From the NCBI GenBank assembly GCA_041497675.1, contig JBGQGY010000104.1, positions 1 through 13,076 of the forward strand: 13,076 bases of DNA, given 5' to 3'. The notes beneath the pieces are model-generated. The model was given only the letters and a program-made list of their open reading frames with translations, was not told where the DNA came from and did not search any database. The translations under genes were made by a program, and so were the position numbers. Origin of the DNA: a bacterium. Lineage in GTDB: Bacteria; Sysuimicrobiota; Sysuimicrobiia; Sysuimicrobiales; Humicultoraceae. This document shows positions 7,163 to 13,076 of this stretch, in pieces; positions within the stretch are counted from its first letter, which is position 1; each line of letters starts with the position of its first letter.

Positions 7163-8027
7163 GAGTCAGCGTGCGTCGGGCGACGGCCTCGAATGTGGCC
7201 GGCGGCCGGCCGAGCAGCCATGTCAGCACGTTCGGGCTGCCCCAGAATCCGTTCCATTCATAATATCTGAACATCGCCAACAACGTCTCAATCTGGTAGG
7301 CTCCCAGGCCGGAGCCTCGCGCACGCGCGGCCCATACGTCGGTGGGCACCTGCTCGGTGGCGACAGGGCGACCGAGCACGCGGGTCAGGATGGCGGCAAT
7401 CTCGATCTGTGTCAGCACTTCGCCACCGGCCAGTTCGTACGTCGCACCGTAGTGCGCCGCACCCGCGTGCGCCGACCCGCCCAGCACCACGGCCGCCGCG
7501 GCGGCCACGTCGTCAAGATCCACCATCCCCAGGCGCGTGTGCGGCGCGTACGGCACGGCGTAGCGGCCCTCCTGCGCGATGCGGTCGAGGCCGGCCAGCA
7601 CGTTCTGCATGTACGACGCGGGCTGGAGAATCGTATAGGCGAGATTCGACTCCACGATGGACTCTTCTACGAGCAACTTCTGCCAATGGTGCGGCATCGC
7701 CTGCGTCTGCGGATGGAGCACCGAATGATAGACGAACCGCTCGATGCGGTCCGCGCGGGCAGCCGCGAGCATCTGGCGACCGATCGCGACCTCGTCAGGT
7801 TGCACATTGGGACAGATGTGGTAGATGGCCGCGGCGCCGCGCACGGCCCGCCCGACCGACGCCTCATCGCGCAGGTCGCCGACAACGACCTCGCCCGCTC
7901 CGTCCGCGCGGACCACCGGCTCCTGCGCATCGCGGCGCACCAGCGCCCGGACACGCATGCCACGCGCGACCAGCGCCCGGACGACTGCGCGGCCGGTTTT
8001 CCCGGCCGCGCCCGTCACCAGCACCAT
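7149..8027 (-). CDS. NmrA-family atypical SDR, NAD(P)-binding protein, 292 aa
   Basis: VLVTGAAGKTG Rossmann motif, VRALVR, HxxxK in place of YxxxK (PHHWQK), TILQPASYMQN, VDLDDVA and YELAG. Confidence 0.88.
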   Translation of the reverse strand: MVLVTGAAGKTGRAVVRALVARGMRVRALVRRDAQEPVVRADGAGEVVVGDLRDEASVGRAVRGAAAIYHICPNVQPDEVAIGRQMLAAARADRIERFVYHSVLHPQTQAMPHHWQKLLVEESIVESNLAYTILQPASYMQNVLAGLDRIAQEGRYAVPYAPHTRLGMVDLDDVAAAAAVVLGGSAHAGAAHYGATYELAGGEVLTQIEIAAILTRVLGRPVATEQVPTDVWAARARGSGLGAYQIETLLAMFRYYEWNGFWGSPNVLTWLLGRPPATFEAVARRTLTHGTA

Positions 8028-8041
8028 GGACGATCGAGACG

Positions 8042-9382
8042 TCAGGACGCCGCGGCGGGGATCGACTCGCGCAGGATCTCGATGATGCGGTCGACCTGAG
8101 TCTCGGTCACCACCAGCGGCGGCGCGAGGCAGATCGTGTCGCCAATAGGATAGTCGCCGCTCTGCCCCGTGCGCGGCCGCGTGATGAGCCCGCGTTTCTT
8201 CGCTTCACCGAGCACCTTGGCGGCTACACCCAACGCTGGTTCCTTCGTGGCCTTGTCCTTCACAAGTTCGATGCCGGCGATCAACCCTACACCGCGCACC
8301 TCGCCGACCATCGGCAGGTCTCGCAGGGTCTGCAATCCCGCCTGCAGCCGCGCGCCCATCGCCGCCGCGCGTTCGACCAGGCGCTCGCGCTCGAAGATGT
8401 CCAGGTTGGCCAGACCGACGGCGCAGCAGGTTGGATGACCCGAATAGGTGCCGGCGTGCATGAAGCGCTCCGCCGCCGGCGCGTCGAGAATGGCCTGATG
8501 GATATCGCGGGAGACCATGGCGCCGCCCAACGGCAGATACGCGCTCGTCACGGCTTTGGCGAAGGTCACGACATCCGGCTGCACGCCCCAATGATCGAGC
8601 GCAAACCACCGGCCCGTGCGCCCGAACCCGGTGATGACCTCATCCGCGATGAAGAGCACATGGTGGCGGTCACAGATCTCCCGCACCTTCGGGAAGTAGT
8701 CGGGGGTCGGAACGATCACCCCGCCGGCTCCGATCACGGGTTCGGCAATGAACGCGGCGACCGTCTCGGGGCCTTCCCGCCGGATGGCCTCCTCCAGCGC
8801 CTCGGCGCCGGACCCGGGGTAGCGATACGGATATGAAGGAAGAATGTGGATAAACCCCGGCACCGTTGGCGCGAACATCTTGTGGAACGCCAGCATGCCG
8901 GTGGCACTCATCGCGGCCATCGTCAAGCCGTGGTACCCATGAATGCGCGAGATGATCTTCGTTTTTGTCGGGATCCCGCGTCGCTTCCAGAAGTACCGCG
9001 CGATCTTGAACGCCGCCTCGTTCGACTCGGCCCCCGCGGTCGTGAAGTAGACGCCTGAGAGGTTCTTGTACGCGAGGCTCAAGAGCCGCTCGGCCAGCCG
9101 CACCGCGGGCTCGTTGGTGAATCCCACGTAGGCGGAGGCATAGGCCAACCGGCGCATTTGCGCCGCCGCCGCGTCGGCCAGTTCGTGGCGTCCGTGACCC
9201 ACGTTCACGTTCCACAACTGCGACAGGCCGTCGATGTACTCGCGCCCTTCCGCGTCGCGGAGGACGGCGCCCTTTCCTTCCACGTAGACGACCGGTGTTT
9301 GATGATCGGCCGCAAAGTGCTGCGGGTGGATCAGGTGTGCATGATCGGCCTGCACCAGGCCGGAGATGGTCCGGGCTTCCAT
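8042..9382 (-). CDS. Class III PLP aminotransferase (omega-amine/beta-alanine/putrescine:pyruvate type), 446 aa
   Basis: DGLSQLWNVNVGHG, GAESNE, YHG, AFIAEPVIGAGG, IADEVITGFGRTG, TFAK (PLP Lys), HAGTYSGHP and CLAPPL. Start reassigned from 9577 to the ATG at 9382, with SD GAGGAG at 9389-9394. Confidence 0.93.
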   Translation of the reverse strand: MEARTISGLVQADHAHLIHPQHFAADHQTPVVYVEGKGAVLRDAEGREYIDGLSQLWNVNVGHGRHELADAAAAQMRRLAYASAYVGFTNEPAVRLAERLLSLAYKNLSGVYFTTAGAESNEAAFKIARYFWKRRGIPTKTKIISRIHGYHGLTMAAMSATGMLAFHKMFAPTVPGFIHILPSYPYRYPGSGAEALEEAIRREGPETVAAFIAEPVIGAGGVIVPTPDYFPKVREICDRHHVLFIADEVITGFGRTGRWFALDHWGVQPDVVTFAKAVTSAYLPLGGAMVSRDIHQAILDAPAAERFMHAGTYSGHPTCCAVGLANLDIFERERLVERAAAMGARLQAGLQTLRDLPMVGEVRGVGLIAGIELVKDKATKEPALGVAAKVLGEAKKRGLITRPRTGQSGDYPIGDTICLAPPLVVTETQVDRIIEILRESIPAAAS

Positions 9383-9447
9383 GAAGGACTCCTCGATGAG
9401 GATTGTGGTTGGGGGAGCACTTATGCGCCGCGGCGCCGAAGTCCTCC
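9383..9447 (-). promoter_or_regulatory. Structured intergenic/leader region with elements complementary to the aminotransferase RBS
   Basis: Minus-strand GGAGGACUUC (9447-9438) can pair over 10 bp (2 G-U) with GGAGUCCUUC (9392-9383), which carries part of the SD and abuts the AUG. There is a perfect 12-bp palindrome GCGCCGCGGCGC at 9425-9436 and a local hairpin UCCUC-AUC-GAGGA at 9402-9390. Confidence 0.4.
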
Positions 9448-9455
9448 GCCGGTGC

Positions 9456-10169
9456 TTAGGGCCGTTCGAGCTCGGACGTGACGGTCTGATCGACCGGGGC
9501 GGGGACAAACAGGACCCCGATACGATACAGGGCGGTCGGCGGCACCTCGACCATTTCCACTTGGGTGATGGCACCATCCCGCAGTTCGAGACTTCCCCAC
9601 GTCGTGATCGTGACGGGGATGTCTCGCTCCAGCGGGTGCGACAACAGCAGGACCATGCCTAGGTCGTTCCGTTCTTCTGTCACGGCCCACACGCGCAGCG
9701 CTCCCTGTTCGACCAACACCGGGAGGTAGCGCCGGCGGCGTTGGACCATCGCCGAATCGTTCCGTCTCCCAAACAGCGCCGACAGAAACGCCGGCAGTTG
9801 CCTGCGGTCGTGTCTAAACTTGCGCAGCCCATACGGGATCAGCAGATCGGTGAGGAACAACTCAGTCTCGACGGGCAGGGGATGCAGTTTCAATCCCACA
9901 TGAAGGCCGTCAGGGGTTTCACGGACGAACATCACATGCCCCTGGATCCCCATCCGTTCATCAAACCACATGAACTGGATCCAGACGTGAAAGGCATCCG
10001 TCGCGATCGTGGGAACCAACAGGCCGGCGCCTTTTGTGTGCACGTCGATTAGGACGCCAATACCAACCTGTCCCTGGTCCGTGGCGTACCGCACCGGGAC
10101 CGCAAGGGGGATACGCGGCGTTTTTCGGCGCTCGACGCCGGTGCGGCGAGGCCGCCAAAGAGGACCCAT
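9456..10169 (-). CDS. PilZ-domain protein with a probable second degenerate PilZ-like domain, 237 aa
   Basis: ERRKTPR (RxxxR) followed by IDVHTKGAGL (variant of D/NxSxxG), then a beta-strand pattern ending in VGLKL. A second unit reads QRRRRYLP...EERNDLGM...YRIGVLF. Start is the ATG at 10169 with SD AGGAGGA at 10173-10179. The track's extension to 10820 is antisense to the next gene. Confidence 0.78.
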   Translation of the reverse strand: MGPLWRPRRTGVERRKTPRIPLAVPVRYATDQGQVGIGVLIDVHTKGAGLLVPTIATDAFHVWIQFMWFDERMGIQGHVMFVRETPDGLHVGLKLHPLPVETELFLTDLLIPYGLRKFRHDRRQLPAFLSALFGRRNDSAMVQRRRRYLPVLVEQGALRVWAVTEERNDLGMVLLLSHPLERDIPVTITTWGSLELRDGAITQVEMVEVPPTALYRIGVLFVPAPVDQTVTSELERP

Positions 10170-10277
10170 CCGTCCTCCTGCTCTTGTGCTTGAACCGATT
10201 ATTCCCCAGGAACAGCCGCGCCAGTCGCCACACGGTGGAAGGAAGCGGGCAAACTCCCCGGCGAAGCAGATACCGAC

Positions 10278-11663
10278 ATGCCCGAGACCGCGCCAGCGAC
10301 CACACGGCTTTCCCGAGACGCCATCGCTCGATTCAAAGAGCGCGCGGCGGCCGAGTACGTCGGCCGCCATCCCCGATCGCGTGATCTGCACGTACGCGCG
10401 CAGTCCGCCTTCCCAGGCGGTGACACACGCACGGTGACGTACTTCGACCCGTTCCCGCTCTACGTCGAGCGCGGCCACGGGTGCAGGCTGCACGATGCCG
10501 ACGGCCGCACGCTGCTCGACCTCCTCGGCAATTACACTTCGATCATCTGGGGGCATGCGCACCCACGCATCGTGGAAGCGGCGCGTGCGCAGATCGAGCG
10601 CGGGACCGGGTTCGCCGCGCCGACGGAGAGCCAGGCGATCCTTGCAGGGATGCTGCGCGAGCGGCTGCCGTCGATGGACAAGATCCGCTTTGCGAACTCC
10701 GGCACCGAGGCCAACATGCATGCCATCCGCGCCGCGCGGGCGTTCACCGGACGGGACAAGATCGTCAAGATGGAAGGTGGCTATCACGGCAGTTACGACG
10801 CGGTCGAGATCAGCGTCCACCCCGATCCGGCAGCCGCAGGACCGGTCACGCGGCCGACGGCCCTGCCCGACGCGAAGGGGATCCCGGCGGCGGCACCCCG
10901 CGACGTAATCGTCGCGCCGTTCAACGATGCCGAGGCGATCGAAGCGATCCTACGCGATCATCAACGTGAGATCGCGGCTGTGATCATCGAACCGGTCCCT
11001 GGGGTGATGGGGACGATCCCGCCGCGCGACGGGTTCCTCGCATCGCTCCGACGCGTGACCGAAACATTGGGGATCCTACTGATCTTCGACGAAGTGATCG
11101 CGTTCCGGGTCGGCTATCACGGTGCGCAGGGTCGCTACGGCGTGCGGCCGGACTTGACGGTGTTGGGCAAGATCATCGGCGGCGGATTCCCCGTCGGGGC
11201 GTTCGGCGGGCGCGCGGACATCATGCGGCTCTTCGATCCCGGTCGTGCCGGCGCGATGGTACAGTCCGGAACGTTCAACGCCAACCCTGTCACTGTCGCA
11301 GCGGGCATCGCGGGCCTGGAACTCTTGACGGCGGCGGAAATCGAACGCATCAACCGTCTGGGCGACGATCTGCGGAGCGGATTGCAGATCCTGTTCGACG
11401 GCGCCGGGGTGGCGGCCCGGGTGACGGGTGTCGGATCGCTGCTGACGGTCCTGTTCACCGACCGGGACATTGTAAATTATCGCGACGCCGCCACCGTGGA
11501 TCGAGTCCTCACCGAAGCTTTTCACTTGGCGTGGCTCAATCACGGACTGTTCAGCGCCACCCGCGGGATGATGGCATTGAGTCTGCCGATGACCGGCGAT
11601 GAAGTGCGCGAGGCGCTTACGATGACACAAGCCGCGCTCGACGTGCTGGCCTCAGTGCGCTGA
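10278..11663 (+). CDS. Class III aminotransferase of the GSA-aminomutase-like subgroup, resembling beta-phenylalanine aminotransferases, 461 aa
   Basis: FANSGTEA, GGYHG, FDEVIAFR, LGKIIGGGFPVGAFGG (PLP Lys) and SGTFNANP. It has PGGDTR...PFPL and GNYT rather than HemL's PGGVNSPVR and GSWGP. Confidence 0.9.
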   Translation: MPETAPATTRLSRDAIARFKERAAAEYVGRHPRSRDLHVRAQSAFPGGDTRTVTYFDPFPLYVERGHGCRLHDADGRTLLDLLGNYTSIIWGHAHPRIVEAARAQIERGTGFAAPTESQAILAGMLRERLPSMDKIRFANSGTEANMHAIRAARAFTGRDKIVKMEGGYHGSYDAVEISVHPDPAAAGPVTRPTALPDAKGIPAAAPRDVIVAPFNDAEAIEAILRDHQREIAAVIIEPVPGVMGTIPPRDGFLASLRRVTETLGILLIFDEVIAFRVGYHGAQGRYGVRPDLTVLGKIIGGGFPVGAFGGRADIMRLFDPGRAGAMVQSGTFNANPVTVAAGIAGLELLTAAEIERINRLGDDLRSGLQILFDGAGVAARVTGVGSLLTVLFTDRDIVNYRDAATVDRVLTEAFHLAWLNHGLFSATRGMMALSLPMTGDEVREALTMTQAALDVLASVR

Positions 11664-11673
11664 TCCGCGCCGG

Positions 11674-12855
11674 CTACATCGGCGAAAGCCGGTCAACCCG
11701 CCGGCCCGCCTGCAGGACGAGGCCCACGCGCTGCAGGCACGTGACGTCCGTTAACGGGTCACCGTCGATGCTGATCACATCGGCCAACTTGCCCGCCTCG
11801 AGGCTGCCCACCTGATCACTCATGCCGATGGCCTCAGCGGCACGCCGCGTACCGGCGAGGATCGCGTCGTGGGGATCGGCACCCCATTCGACGACTTTTG
11901 CGATCTCCCACCACATCAGACCGTGCATCGAATCGGTACCCACGGCCCACTTGACGCCGCTCTCCAAGACGGCCGCGAAGTTCTCTCGAGACTTCTCGCG
12001 CGACTCCCTGAGTTTGGCCATGATCGACGCCACGTGCCCGTCGCCCTTCTCGATGCCGTCGGGATGCCCGCCGACCGCGTTGTTGGTCACCAGCCAGATG
12101 TTGCGGCGACGCATCTCGACCAGATCGTCCAGGTCGCACAGCTTACCGTGCTCGATCGTGTCGACCCCGGCCTCGATGCAGATTCGGACACCGGGGCCGC
12201 CGTGCGCATGCACCGCCACCGGTTTGTTGTTACGGTGCGCTTCCTCGACGGCCACGTCGACTTCGTGCCGCGAATACGCGTACCAGCGTGAGGCCGTGCT
12301 CTTGCTCGACACGCCTCCGGTCATGAACAGTTTGATGAGATCGGCGCCCCGCGCCACGTTTTCTCGGATATGTCGCCGGATCTCGTCTTCGCCGTCTGAG
12401 AACGTGAGCGCCGCGCCGTGACCGTTGCGTGCGGTGATCGGTCGCGTGGCGACCAGCAGCCGCGGCCCGGGCAGATTGCCGGCTGCGATCGCATCGCGCA
12501 GGTCGACGTCGAGAAAGTGCTCTTCCCCGACCACGCGCATGGTCGTCACACCGGAGCGCAGGTCGGTGCGGAGATTCTGGACCGCGCGGATCATCGCTGG
12601 GGCGGGTGGCTGCCGCAACTGTCCGATTTGATCCCCAAGACCCGGGATGATCGACGCGTGGGAGTGGGCGTCGACGAGCCCCGGCAGGACCGTGTGCGCG
12701 CCGCAGTCGATCACCTCGGCGCCCGGCGGGATGTGGACCTCCGTCGACGCGCCGACGGCCTTGATCCGATCGCCTTCGATGAGGACAACTCCCTGCTCGA
12801 TGGGCGCCGTTCCGGTTCCATCGAGAATACGTCGTGCCTTGATCGCAACCAGCAT
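11674..12855 (-). CDS. Metal-dependent amidohydrolase (Xaa-Pro dipeptidase/prolidase-like subgroup), 393 aa
   Basis: LPGLVDAHSH, SGVTTMR, GADLIKLF.TGG (carbamylated Lys), VHAHG, TIEHG, VGTDS and GSLEAGKLAD. An SD-like GGTGAGG lies upstream. Confidence 0.92.
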   Translation of the reverse strand: MLVAIKARRILDGTGTAPIEQGVVLIEGDRIKAVGASTEVHIPPGAEVIDCGAHTVLPGLVDAHSHASIIPGLGDQIGQLRQPPAPAMIRAVQNLRTDLRSGVTTMRVVGEEHFLDVDLRDAIAAGNLPGPRLLVATRPITARNGHGAALTFSDGEDEIRRHIRENVARGADLIKLFMTGGVSSKSTASRWYAYSRHEVDVAVEEAHRNNKPVAVHAHGGPGVRICIEAGVDTIEHGKLCDLDDLVEMRRRNIWLVTNNAVGGHPDGIEKGDGHVASIMAKLRESREKSRENFAAVLESGVKWAVGTDSMHGLMWWEIAKVVEWGADPHDAILAGTRRAAEAIGMSDQVGSLEAGKLADVISIDGDPLTDVTCLQRVGLVLQAGRRVDRLSPM

Positions 12856-12878
12856 ACCCTCACCCCGGGTGAATATTC

Positions 12879-13076
12879 TCAGCGAAAATCTTCTCCGTGC
12901 GCAAGGGAATTCCCGGCGGCGGCTCGGGGACGGCGCAGGACCATCAGCAACGCGGCCGCCGCCGGCGCGAGTCCCGCGATCGCAAACATCTCTCCCAGCC
13001 CGGCCGCCCGGCCAATGAACCCTCCCCCGATGGCGCCCGCCGCGATCCCGATTTCGTGAAAGACGCCGAGCGTGCC
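12879..13076 (-). CDS. MFS transporter, C-terminal fragment (begins beyond the right edge)
   Basis: Not in the ORF track. Hand translation of the open frame: GTLGVFHEIGIAAGAIGGGFIGRAAGLGEMFAIAGLAPAAAALLMVLRRPRAAAGNSLAHGEDFR*. Two Gly-rich hydrophobic helices match the TM11-TM12 pattern of MFS proteins. The stop is 23 bp upstream of the amidohydrolase start. Confidence 0.72.
   Translation of the reverse strand, partial: GTLGVFHEIGIAAGAIGGGFIGRAAGLGEMFAIAGLAPAAAALLMVLRRPRAAAGNSLAHGEDFR

Noticed and set aside
9383..9577. Aminotransferase frame stays open into the PilZ gene, suggesting a frameshift fusion
   Set aside because: No slippery sequence was seen, the extension is low-complexity, and the ATG at 9382 has its own SD and gives a normal family length.
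10170..10820. N-terminal 217 aa of the 454-aa ORF, suggesting a large PilZ fusion protein
   Set aside because: It is mostly antisense to the plus-strand aminotransferase, and a strong SD supports the ATG at 10169.
10278..11663. Gene symbol hemL
   Set aside because: HemL-specific motifs are absent and no tetrapyrrole genes are nearby.
11664..11673. Bidirectional terminator between the convergent aminotransferase and amidohydrolase
   Set aside because: The gap is only 10 bp, with no hairpin plus U-tract.
1..13076. Defence system, prophage, IS, CRISPR array, tRNA or rRNA
   Set aside because: No repeat-spacer pattern, terminal inverted repeats, integrase/transposase motifs or structural RNA signatures were seen. 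Almost all sequence is explained by metabolic CDSs.

Overview
GC-rich, densely coding bacterial window with no RNA genes, mobile elements, CRISPR arrays or clear intrinsic terminators. It holds 15 genes. A tightly packed minus-strand run reads, in transcription order: PilZ-domain protein (9456-10169), class III omega-aminotransferase, NmrA-like SDR, Ser/Thr dehydratase, beta-lactamase-fold serine hydrolase, ferritin, hydantoinase/dihydropyrimidinase-like enzyme and NMO/FabK-family flavoprotein. It then continues past a single oppositely oriented phhB gene into a stand-alone 5'-3' exonuclease and a TetA(P)-like MFS transporter (truncated at the left edge). To the right are a divergent beta-phenylalanine-aminotransferase-like class III enzyme, a convergent prolidase-like amidohydrolase and the 3' end of a second MFS gene. 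Both MFS genes are missing from the supplied ORF track, and five supplied starts were shortened. Best leads: (1) a possible non-canonical cyclic-amide/beta-amino-acid catabolic system, supported by substituted substrate residues in the hydantoinase and a beta-AT signature; (2) phhB wedged antisense with only 14 bp between divergent start codons; (3) an exonuclease with substitutions at normally conserved active-site positions; (4) a structured leader that may occlude an RBS. Family calls come from motifs read by eye; all pathway proposals are inference.
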